Shown in pieces: positions 18,551 to 25,988 of a stretch of DNA of 47,421 nt. The notes beneath the pieces are model-generated. The model made no database searches and was not told the origin of the DNA. It saw nothing but the letters and a program-made list of their open reading frames with translations. Position 1 is the first letter of the stretch. Every line of letters starts with the position of its first letter. This stretch comes from a bacterium (lineage in GTDB: Bacteria; Patescibacteriota; Minisyncoccia; Minisyncoccales; JAZDGI01). The stretch spans positions 1-47,421 of the forward strand of contig JAZDGI010000018.1 of assembly GCA_043807085.1 (NCBI GenBank), written 5' to 3'. The position numbers and the translations under genes were made by a program.

Positions 18551-18594
18551 CAACAGTTGATTTCCAACCGCTTTTTTGCTAAGTTTAGTATGCT

Positions 18595-20415
18595 ATGAAA
18601 GGTTTAATCCGCAATTTTATTTTTATTATGCTGATTTTCCTGCTGGTTTCCGGCATTTTCAGCATGTTCCCGAAGCAAGACCAGAAAGAAATTCCCGTTA
18701 CTCAAGTCGTTCAGGACATTAACCAGGACAAAATAAAACAAATCGTTATTTCCGGCGACGAACTGCTGATAACATATTCTGACGACGCCAAAGCCAAGTC
18801 AAGAAAAGAACCGCAAACCGCCCTGCCCGAATACCTAACGACTTTCGGCGCGGACAAAGAAAAATTAGCTAAAATAGACATCGGATCAAAAGGAACCAAC
18901 CAAGTTTGGAGCTGGCTGAGTCCGGTGCTTTTTGGCGTTTTGCCTCTTTTGCTTTTCGGTTTTTTCTTTTTTATGATTTTCCGCCAGGCAAAAGGCGGAG
19001 CTATGCAGGCCTTTGATTTCACCAAAGCCAAGGCTCGGCTTTTCGGAGCCGAAGGCCACCCAAAAGACAAAATCGTCTTTAAAGACGTGGCCGGATTAAA
19101 AGAGGCTAAGCAAGAACTGATGGAGATTGTTGATTTTCTGAAAAATCCCCAAAAATATCTGCAAATGGGGGCGCAAATTCCCCGCGGCGTTTTGCTTTTA
19201 GGGCCTAGCGGCGTGGGAAAGACATTGCTTGCCCGGGCCGTGGCCGGCGAAAGCAATGTGCCGTTTTTATCTATTTCCGGCTCGGAATTCGTGGAGTTGT
19301 TTGTCGGTACGGGAGCTGCCCGCGTCAGGTCGCTATTCCAGGAAGCTAAAAAATTCGGCCGATCCATTATTTTTATTGATGAGCTGGATGCCGTAGGCCG
19401 AACCCGAGGAGCAGGATTCAGCGGAGGACACGAAGAAAGAGAACAAACCTTAAACCAGATATTGGTGGAAATGGACGGCTTTGAAAAAAATTCAGCCATC
19501 CTGGTTTTTGCGGCAACCAACCGCGGGGACGTCTTGGACCCAGCGCTCTTGCGGCCCGGCCGTTTTGACCGTAAAGTCGTCCTGGACCTGCCAGATATCA
19601 ACGACCGGGAAGAAATTTTAAAAATTCATTGCCGGAACAAACCAGCCTCAACCAACATCAATTTGAGGGAAATCGCCGAAAGAACGCCTGGCTTTTCGGG
19701 CGCAGATTTAGCCAACGCAGTCAACGAAGCGGCGATCTTGGCCGCTCGACGCAATCAAACCCAAATCAACCAGGAAGACTTCCTGGAATCAATCGAAAAA
19801 GTAATGCTGGGGCCGGAAAGAAAAAGCCATATTTTATCTCCCAAAGAGAAAAAAATCGCGGCTTTCCACGAAGCCGGACATGCTTTGGTTGCCAGCTCTC
19901 TGCCGGAAGCCGAACCAATCAGAAAGGTTTCTATTGTCGCCAGAGGCATGGCCGCCGGCTACACTCTGAAAGCGCCAACCGAAGAAAAAAGAATTAAAAC
20001 TAAGGCTGAATTCTTGGCTGAAATGGCTATTCTGCTGGGCGGTTACGCGGCCGAAAAATTAATATTCAACGAAATAACAACCGGCGCTGGCAATGATCTG
20101 GAAAAAGCGTCAGAGCTCGCCCGCAAAATCGTAAAAGAGTATGGCATGTCATCTCTGGGGCCGATTTCTTTCGGCGAGAGGGAGGAAATGTCCTTTTTCA
20201 ACAGAGAAGGCGAAACGCGCAATTATTCAGAAAAAGTAGCCACAAAAATAGACGAAGAGGTGGAAAAATTCATTAAAAACGCCGAAGCGGAAGCAAAAAA
20301 TATTCTTTCCAAAAGAAAAAAAACACTGGAAAAAATCGCCAAAACCCTGATTGAAAAAGAAACTATTGAGAGAGAAGAATTTGAAAAATTAGCCGGAGGC
20401 AAAAAGGGCGTGTAG
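18595..20415 (+). CDS. ftsH: ATP-dependent zinc metalloprotease FtsH
   Basis: Two TM helices, [21 protein letters not shown] and HEAGH. Confidence 0.97.
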   Translation: MKGLIRNFIFIMLIFLLVSGIFSMFPKQDQKEIPVTQVVQDINQDKIKQIVISGDELLITYSDDAKAKSRKEPQTALPEYLTTFGADKEKLAKIDIGSKGTNQVWSWLSPVLFGVLPLLLFGFFFFMIFRQAKGGAMQAFDFTKAKARLFGAEGHPKDKIVFKDVAGLKEAKQELMEIVDFLKNPQKYLQMGAQIPRGVLLLGPSGVGKTLLARAVAGESNVPFLSISGSEFVELFVGTGAARVRSLFQEAKKFGRSIIFIDELDAVGRTRGAGFSGGHEEREQTLNQILVEMDGFEKNSAILVFAATNRGDVLDPALLRPGRFDRKVVLDLPDINDREEILKIHCRNKPASTNINLREIAERTPGFSGADLANAVNEAAILAARRNQTQINQEDFLESIEKVMLGPERKSHILSPKEKKIAAFHEAGHALVASSLPEAEPIRKVSIVARGMAAGYTLKAPTEEKRIKTKAEFLAEMAILLGGYAAEKLIFNEITTGAGNDLEKASELARKIVKEYGMSSLGPISFGEREEMSFFNREGETRNYSEKVATKIDEEVEKFIKNAEAEAKNILSKRKKTLEKIAKTLIEKETIEREEFEKLAGGKKGV

Positions 20416-20477
20416 CTCAGTGGTAGAGCATAGCTCTTATAAAGCTAGGGTCGAAGGTCCGATCCCTTCCACGCCCA
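20406..20477 (+). tRNA. tRNA-Ile(TAT)
   Basis: Acceptor GGGCGTG/CACGCCC, anticodon arm TAGCT-CT-TAT-AA-AGCTA, A73, T-loop TCCGATC. Confidence 0.9.
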
Positions 20478-20484
20478 AATAAAC

Positions 20485-20556
20485 GGGCAGTTGGCGCAGT
20501 GGTAGCGCGTCCGCTTGACGTGCGGAAGGTCACAGGTCCAAATCCTGTACTGCCCA
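20485..20556 (+). tRNA. tRNA-Val(GAC)
   Basis: Anticodon arm TCCGC-TT-GAC-GT-GCGGA; T-loop TCCAAAT. Confidence 0.93.
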
Positions 20557-20627
20557 CATTTCCTTGTTTTTTCTTGGGTTTTTGCTATTCTATGGGATAG
20601 AATTACTAGATATAATCAATAAAAAAT

Positions 20628-20981
20628 ATGACTACTAAATTAGAGCTTTTCAACCTAGCGCAAATAAAGAAAGATCTGCCCGACGTCCGGCCAGGCGATA
20701 CTGTGCGGATTTTTCAGAGAATCAAAGAAAACGACAAGGAAAGAACGCAGATATTTGAAGGGCTGATTATTGCCAGAAAGCACGGCAAAGAAATCGGAGC
20801 TACTATTACCGTGAGAAAAGTAAGCGGCGGAGTTGGGGTGGAAAAAATTATTCCGCTCCATTTGCCGACAATTGAAAAAATAGAAATCGTAAAAAGGGAA
20901 AGGGCAAGAAGAGCCAAGCTTTATTATTTGAGAAACGCCAGGGGAAGAAAAGAAAGAAGGCTGAAAGAAATTTCAAAATAG
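20628..20981 (+). CDS. rplS: 50S ribosomal protein L19
   Basis: RPGDTV, RTQIFEG, TVRKVSGGVGVE and RRAKLYYLR. Confidence 0.97.
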   Translation: MTTKLELFNLAQIKKDLPDVRPGDTVRIFQRIKENDKERTQIFEGLIIARKHGKEIGATITVRKVSGGVGVEKIIPLHLPTIEKIEIVKRERARRAKLYYLRNARGRKERRLKEISK

Positions 20982-20987
20982 TCCCGC

Positions 20988-21069
20988 GCGCGGGTGGTGA
21001 AATCGGCAAACACGCTAGCTTGAGGTGCTAGTGCCGCAAGGCTTGGAGGTTCGAGTCCTCTCCCGCGCA
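20988..21069 (+). tRNA. tRNA-Leu(GAG)
   Basis: Anticodon arm CTAGC-TT-GAG-GT-GCTAG, variable arm. Confidence 0.95.
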
Positions 21070-21081
21070 CTTTGAAGAGTT

Positions 21082-21513
21082 ATGATCAAAATCCGCAAAG
21101 TTAAACTTGCCGACCTGGAAGAAGTGACAAAAATAAGGCGGGCATCTCTGCCCAGCGCTTGGAAAAAATCAAGCTTTCAAAAAATGCTCGTTAAATATCC
21201 TGCCGGCTTTTTAGTGGCGGAAAACGAAAAAGAAATTATAGGATACATAATCGGAGGAATAAAAGAAGATTCTGGTTTGATTATTTCTTTAGCAATTAAA
21301 CCGGCTTGGCGGAAAAAAGGAATAGGCGCGAATCTTTTGCAAAATTTGCTAAGAATAATCGGCAGAGACCCGAAAAAAATATTTTTGCACGTCCGAACAT
21401 GGAACAAAGAAGCCGTTGATTTTTACAAAAGTTTTAAATTCAAAATAGCCGAAACGACTAAGGGACATTATAAAAACGGCGACGACGCTTATTTGATGGA
21501 AAAAGAAATTTAA
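21082..21513 (+). CDS. rimI: RimI-like GNAT N-acetyltransferase
   Basis: SLAIKPAWRKKGIG, LHVRTWNKEAVDFY and HYKNGDDAYLM. Confidence 0.8.
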   Translation: MIKIRKVKLADLEEVTKIRRASLPSAWKKSSFQKMLVKYPAGFLVAENEKEIIGYIIGGIKEDSGLIISLAIKPAWRKKGIGANLLQNLLRIIGRDPKKIFLHVRTWNKEAVDFYKSFKFKIAETTKGHYKNGDDAYLMEKEI

Positions 21514-21516
21514 AAA

Positions 21517-21593
21517 GGGCACTTGGCGCAGTTGGTTAGCGCGCATCGCTTACATCGATGAGGTCGGGGGTCCGAATCCCTCAGTGCCCACCA
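21517..21593 (+). tRNA. tRNA-Val(TAC), CCA encoded
   Basis: Anticodon arm CATCG-CT-TAC-AT-CGATG; T-loop TCCGAAT. Confidence 0.95.
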
Positions 21594-21594
21594 A

Positions 21595-21667
21595 GCCGAA
21601 GTAGCTCATGTAGTAGAGCGCATCTCTGAAAAAGATGAGGTAGCCAGTGCAAGTCTGGCCTTCGGCA
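21595..21667 (+). tRNA. tRNA-Phe(GAA)
   Basis: Anticodon arm CATCT-CT-GAA-AA-AGATG; T-loop TGCAAGT. Confidence 0.92.
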
Positions 21668-21670
21668 CGC

Positions 21671-21741
21671 GCGGGTGTAGCACAATGGTAGTGCATCTGG
21701 TTGCCAATCAGAGCACGTGGGTTCGATTCCCATCACCCGCT
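21671..21741 (+). tRNA. tRNA-Gly(GCC)
   Basis: Acceptor GCGGGTG/CACCCGC-T, anticodon arm TCTGG-TT-GCC-AA-TCAGA. Confidence 0.95.
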
Positions 21742-21840
21742 TGAGCAGTAGCGAAAGCGAAAGATGAAAGGCAGATGCCTTTCATCGCGCGCAAGCCAAG
21801 ATGAGGGCAAACCCGAAGGGGCAAACTTCATTGCTTGAGC
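21736..21840 (+). repeat. tRNA-Gly-linked hairpin repeat units
   Basis: Two related units bounded by GCTTGAGC, with the hairpin GATGAAAGGCA-GA-TGCCTTTCATC; homologous to 37976-38101. Confidence 0.65.
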
Positions 21841-21842
21841 CC

Positions 21843-21871
21843 TTGACTTTTTTGCTTAGATATGATAATAT
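21843..21871 (+). promoter_or_regulatory. Putative sigma70 promoter of the 3D-domain gene
   Basis: TTGACT-N17-TAATAT with an extended TG. Confidence 0.5.
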
Positions 21872-21919
21872 AAGGCATCCCCTTAAAGGGGGTTTTTAAT
21901 TGAAAAACGTAATCAAACA

Positions 21920-22408
21920 ATGAAAAAATATCTAACCATTCTAGCCTCTGTCCTGATAATCGCAAATATGCTGCTCGGTTTTGACGTTCAAAGAGGCAAA
22001 ATTGAGGCTGAAATCGCCCAATCCGCTCTGAATACAGATGCCAAACTTGTTATGTATCAAGAGAACTCCTTGGCCTCTCTTTCCAACCCAAATAATCCCG
22101 AACCCAAAGTCGCCAGAAGGATAGATGCCATAATTACCGCCTATTCAAGCACTCCCTGGCAAACGGATGAAGATCCTTTTATCACGGCGGCCGGAACAGG
22201 GGTAAGAGACGGAATTATCGCCAATAACGCGCTCCCATTTGGCACAAAAGTCAGGATCCCAGACTTATACGGCGATAAAATTTTTGTGGTTGAGGACAGA
22301 ATGAGCTGGAAAAAAGGGAACGACCATTTTGATATTTGGTTTGCCGAATACCGTCAGGCCCTAAACTTTGGCGCCCAAAGAACCTATATTGAAGTTTTGG
22401 AAAGTTAA
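21920..22408 (+). CDS. Secreted 3D-domain protein (putative peptidoglycan lytic transglycosylase)
   Basis: Signal peptide, ITAYSS, IIANNALPFGTKV, VEDR and HFDIW. Confidence 0.88.
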   Translation: MKKYLTILASVLIIANMLLGFDVQRGKIEAEIAQSALNTDAKLVMYQENSLASLSNPNNPEPKVARRIDAIITAYSSTPWQTDEDPFITAAGTGVRDGIIANNALPFGTKVRIPDLYGDKIFVVEDRMSWKKGNDHFDIWFAEYRQALNFGAQRTYIEVLES

Positions 22409-22427
22409 GCTATCCCGTGTTAATCTT

Positions 22428-22453
22428 AAAGCCGCCCGAGAGGGCGGCTTTTT
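22428..22453. terminator. Bidirectional intrinsic terminator between convergent genes
   Basis: AAAGCCGCCC-GAGA-GGGCGGCTTT followed by TT. Confidence 0.85.
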
Positions 22454-22469
22454 GTTGTTGACGGCAAAC

Positions 22470-23150
22470 TTAAATGTCTTTGCTACCTTGATATTTTAAC
22501 CTCAAAAATCCACCTATGCCAAACAAAGTACGATATATGACAAAACTAATATTTCGTAAACGATCAAATAAAGAATTCCTTTCCACTTTTTCAAAATATG
22601 TGATGGTATCAACCAGCTTTGGATTTTTGATTTTTAATGAAACCAGCAAAGGAATGGCAGTCGCTAAATTTGGTCCGATGAAGTGCCAGGAATCGTGGAA
22701 AGCCAAAACTCCGCCGTTAATTACCTTTGAAAACCATAATTTAAAATCCAACTTAACAAAATTATATTCATGAGCGCCATCAATAAAAACAAATTCAATT
22801 CGTTGACAAAGCTTTTCTGCCGCATTTTCAGAAGTATCTCTGATCGGCTCAACAAATTCAGCAATGCTGGCCCTGTCTATGTTTTGCTTAAATTCCTCAA
22901 GTGTATCAACCTTGCCAAACATTTTTTGATGTTCAGAAGAGCCAATATGCGGATCGATGGCAAAGATTCTAACCTTATTTCCATCTTTAGAGCCATTACC
23001 GAGGCAGATGGTAGATTTTCCTTTCCAAGAGCCAACTTCCACTATCACATTCCCGGTTTTAATCTTCTTTGCGATATTATACAAGGAAAAACCCTCGGCC
23101 TCGGTCAACCATCCACCAATATTTTTGGTTTCTTTGTTGAAATCAAACAT
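22470..23150 (-). CDS. Class I SAM methyltransferase (Methyltransf_24-like)
   Basis: VEVGSWKGKST, AIDPH, FIDGAHEY and GGVLAFHD. Confidence 0.88.
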   Translation of the reverse strand: MFDFNKETKNIGGWLTEAEGFSLYNIAKKIKTGNVIVEVGSWKGKSTICLGNGSKDGNKVRIFAIDPHIGSSEHQKMFGKVDTLEEFKQNIDRASIAEFVEPIRDTSENAAEKLCQRIEFVFIDGAHEYNFVKLDFKLWFSKVINGGVLAFHDSWHFIGPNLATAIPLLVSLKIKNPKLVDTITYFEKVERNSLFDRLRNISFVIYRTLFGIGGFLRLKYQGSKDI

Positions 23151-23195
23151 AGAGTTAAAAGACTATGGCCATTAAATAAAAAGGCAGTTTTTTAG

Positions 23196-23278
23196 TGCCC
23201 AGAGAGAGACTCGAACTCTCACGAGCTTGCGCTCACGACATTTTAAGTGTCGCGTGTATACCATTCCACCATCTGGGC
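23196..23278 (-). tRNA. tRNA-Leu(TAA)
   Basis: Anticodon arm CGACA-CT-TAA-AA-TGTCG, variable arm. Confidence 0.95.
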
Positions 23279-23281
23279 AAG

Positions 23282-23353
23282 AGGCCACGGCCGGAATTGC
23301 ACCGGCGTATAGCGCTTTTGCAGAGCGCTGCCTTGCTACTTGGCTACGTGGCC
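23282..23353 (-). tRNA. tRNA-Cys(GCA)
   Basis: Acceptor GGCCACG/CGTGGCC-T, anticodon arm GCGCT-CT-GCA-AA-AGCGC; T-loop TGCAATT. Confidence 0.93.
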
Positions 23354-23688
23354 TTATTTTTCAATTGTTCCAAAATTCCTTCAATTTCGCCAGCCTCGAC
23401 TGTCAATTTCTCCTTCAAAAACTTAATTTTTGGAATCGGCCTCATTCTTAATTTTCTGTTCAGCTTTTGCTGTAAAGAATAAATCATTTTGTTTAAAATA
23501 TCAACAACGATTTGGAGCTTGTCTCCGGGCCAAACTGAAATAAAAACAGAGCTATCTTCCAGGTCTACGGAAGTTTCCACGCGAGTTACGGTTACCAAAA
23601 TATCAGGAGAAAGATCAAGCTCCCTGAAAATTATCTTGGCAATCTCTTCTTTTATCAATTCGTTTACTCTAGAGACGCGCTTTGCCAT
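23344..23688 (-). CDS. rbfA: Ribosome-binding factor A
   Basis: RVSRVNELIKEEIA, VTVTRVETSVDL and LRMRPIPKIKF; lies downstream of infB. Confidence 0.93.
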   Translation of the reverse strand: MAKRVSRVNELIKEEIAKIIFRELDLSPDILVTVTRVETSVDLEDSSVFISVWPGDKLQIVVDILNKMIYSLQQKLNRKLRMRPIPKIKFLKEKLTVEAGEIEGILEQLKNKAT

Positions 23689-25159
23689 AAATTTCTTTAA
23701 AAAACGCCAAAATGTCGTCTTTCTCAATTAAAATGTTTCCTTCGCATAAAAAACCGCACTCCTCGCCCTTTGAGCACCTCTCTATATCTTTTTTGTCCCT
23801 CTGAAGATTGATTAATTTCCCTCGGCCGACCAGTTCATCATTTCTCAAAATCTCTATCTTGCTTCCTTTTTCAACACAGCCTTCCAAAACCCGTCCGCCA
23901 ATGACTTGGCGGTTTTTTTCCATTGCGAATACAGCTAAAATTCTTGCTTTTCCCAAATTCTCCCTTGATGCTTCGGGCGATAACTGGGCTTCCATTAAAT
24001 TCCTGACTGACTCTGCTAGTTCGTATATAACTTCAAAATTAACTATCCTGATTTTTTCCCTCAAAGCCATAGCTTTAGCCATGGGACTTACTTTTACCCT
24101 GAACCCCAAAATTTTAGCTTGACTGCTCTTTGCCGACTTTACATCCGACTCGTTTATGTCGCCAGCTTCGGCTTTAATAATACAAAGAGCCACCTTATCA
24201 TGGGGAATTACTTTTAAAATTCCGGTAATCGCTTCTAATGAGCCAAGAAAATCCGTTTTCAAAATTAAATTTAAAACTTTCTGCTCCGGGCTCAAGGGAA
24301 CTTGAGAAATCGCGGTTTTCCATCCGGAATCCTTTGCCGCCAGCTTAGCTGTTTCCAGATCGGGAAAGACTTTAAAATTTTCACCGACTTTAGGTAATTC
24401 TTCAAACCCGAAAACTAAAACCGGGTCAGACGGCAAAGCTCTTTCAACGGAATTTCCCTGAAAATCTTTTAAATTTTTAATTTTGCTTATTGCCGATTCT
24501 GTTCCGATGACGTCGCCTATTTTCAAAACCCCTTGGCTTAAAATCAAAACAGCCAAAGGTCCAGTCTGATCATCCATCTGCGACTCAATAACCCAGCCTT
24601 CGGCCGGTTTTTCCAAATCGGTTTTCAACTCGCTTAATTCGCTTACTAAAAAAACCAACTCCAAAAGCTCGTCAATTCCCTTGCCGGAAACAACCGATGT
24701 TCCCACCGACGGAACCTCCCCCCCCAAAGACTCAACTAAAATATCTTCTTTAGCCAAATCTCTTTTTGCTTTTTCCAGATTCGCTTCGGGCCGGTCAACT
24801 TTATTCAAAGCGACAATCAGAGGAATTTCAGCTTTTTTGATATGCGAAATCGCTTCTTTGGTCTGCGGTTCAACCCCCTTGGCCGCGTCCACCACGAGAA
24901 TCGCGATATCAGCCGCCCGCGCCCCCCGCGAACGCATTTTAGAAAAAGCTTCGTGCCCAGGAGTGTCAATAAAAGTGATTTTTCTTCCCTCTTTTTCAAT
25001 CTGGCAGGCGCCGATATGCTGGGTAATGCCGCCTGATTCCGTTTTGGCGACAGCCGATTTGCGGATAAAATCCAAAAGCGAAGTTTTGCCCGCGTCCACA
25101 TGGCCCAAAACCACCACGATCGGCGGCCTGATTATTAGGTTGTTAGATTGATTTTCCAT
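23669..25159 (-). CDS. infB: Translation initiation factor IF-2 (no N-terminal domain)
   Basis: RPPIVVVLGHVDAGKTS, GGITQHIG, DTPGHEAF and NKVD. Confidence 0.96.
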   Translation of the reverse strand: MENQSNNLIIRPPIVVVLGHVDAGKTSLLDFIRKSAVAKTESGGITQHIGACQIEKEGRKITFIDTPGHEAFSKMRSRGARAADIAILVVDAAKGVEPQTKEAISHIKKAEIPLIVALNKVDRPEANLEKAKRDLAKEDILVESLGGEVPSVGTSVVSGKGIDELLELVFLVSELSELKTDLEKPAEGWVIESQMDDQTGPLAVLILSQGVLKIGDVIGTESAISKIKNLKDFQGNSVERALPSDPVLVFGFEELPKVGENFKVFPDLETAKLAAKDSGWKTAISQVPLSPEQKVLNLILKTDFLGSLEAITGILKVIPHDKVALCIIKAEAGDINESDVKSAKSSQAKILGFRVKVSPMAKAMALREKIRIVNFEVIYELAESVRNLMEAQLSPEASRENLGKARILAVFAMEKNRQVIGGRVLEGCVEKGSKIEILRNDELVGRGKLINLQRDKKDIERCSKGEECGFLCEGNILIEKDDILAFFKEIYGKARL

Positions 25160-25520
25160 TATTGTTTTTCGCCTTTTCTATGGCTAGCTTCTCTTCGTCG
25201 GACAGCTGGTATTCCGACTCGCCGTTTTTTATGGGCTTGCCGTAAATCCTATTATCCTGCCTGGTATATAAACTAGTAATGACGACACCGGAATCGTTAT
25301 CGTCCAAAAGAGCGGCGGAAAAACTTAAATCGCTGCCGGTCTCTTTAAAAGGGTTGAATCTGACCATGCCGACTTTTTGGATGTTAAGCCTGTTTTTCTC
25401 TTTCAGTCTTTTCGTTTCATCAGAAAGCTTTTTAAGACCGTCCTCAAGCGATCTGAAACGAGCCAAGAGTTCTTCCAGGTTTTTCGGCTGATTATTCTGT
25501 TTTTTGAATGGGTTGAACAT
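25143..25520 (-). CDS. DUF4446-like protein
   Basis: QKVGMVRFNPF...SFSAALLD...GVVITSLY...YGKPI...LSDEE. Confidence 0.75.
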   Translation of the reverse strand: MFNPFKKQNNQPKNLEELLARFRSLEDGLKKLSDETKRLKEKNRLNIQKVGMVRFNPFKETGSDLSFSAALLDDNDSGVVITSLYTRQDNRIYGKPIKNGESEYQLSDEEKLAIEKAKNNNGKSI

Positions 25521-25607
25521 ATTTTTCCTGACGGATTACTTTGAAAAATAACCAATATAAAAACATTATAGGCCTTTTTTGAGAATTCCGCCAGTTGCAT
25601 GAAGATA

Positions 25608-25628
25608 GTTGGAGATCGGATCTCCAAC
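25608..25628. repeat. Perfect 10-bp inverted repeat downstream of tRNA-Ser(CGA)
   Basis: GTTGGAGATC-G-GATCTCCAAC. Confidence 0.7.
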
Positions 25629-25648
25629 ATATAAATCTCATACAAACT

Positions 25649-25738
25649 TGGCGGTGGGGGTGAGATTCGAACTCACGAAGAGATTGCTCCCTTAATGGTT
25701 TTCGAAACCATCGCTTTCGGCCACTCAGCCACCCCACC
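25649..25738 (-). tRNA. tRNA-Ser(CGA), CCA encoded
   Basis: Anticodon arm ATGGT-TT-CGA-AA-ACCAT, long variable arm. Confidence 0.95.
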
Positions 25739-25750
25739 ATTTATTCAAAG

Positions 25751-25824
25751 TGGTGGACCCACGGGGAATTGAACCCCGCCCTCCTCCATGCCATGGAGGC
25801 GTAATGCCGATTTACTATGGGCCC
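25751..25824 (-). tRNA. tRNA-Ala(GGC), CCA encoded
   Basis: G3:U70 pair, anticodon arm CCTCC-AT-GGC-AT-GGAGG. Confidence 0.95.
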
Positions 25825-25827
25825 GTG

Positions 25828-25899
25828 TGCCCCCACCAGGAATCGGACCTGGATATCCACGTTAGGAGTGTGGCGCTCTATCCATTGAGCTACAGGGGC
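25828..25899 (-). tRNA. tRNA-Arg(CCT)
   Basis: Anticodon arm CCACA-CT-CCT-AA-CGTGG; T-loop TCCGATT. Confidence 0.9.
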
Positions 25900-25988
25900 T
25901 GGAATAAATTTCTAGCCGCTAATTTATATGCTTTAAATTATCATATTTCCCCTTTGTTGACAAGAAATTTTGTGCTAAAATTATGTAT

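Noticed and set aside
21800-21832. AGGGCAAACCCGAAGGGGCAAAC resembles the first stem of a c-di-GMP-I (GEMM) riboswitch
   Set aside because: There is no second stem, it lies upstream of the predicted promoter, and it is better explained as part of the tRNA-Gly-linked repeat.
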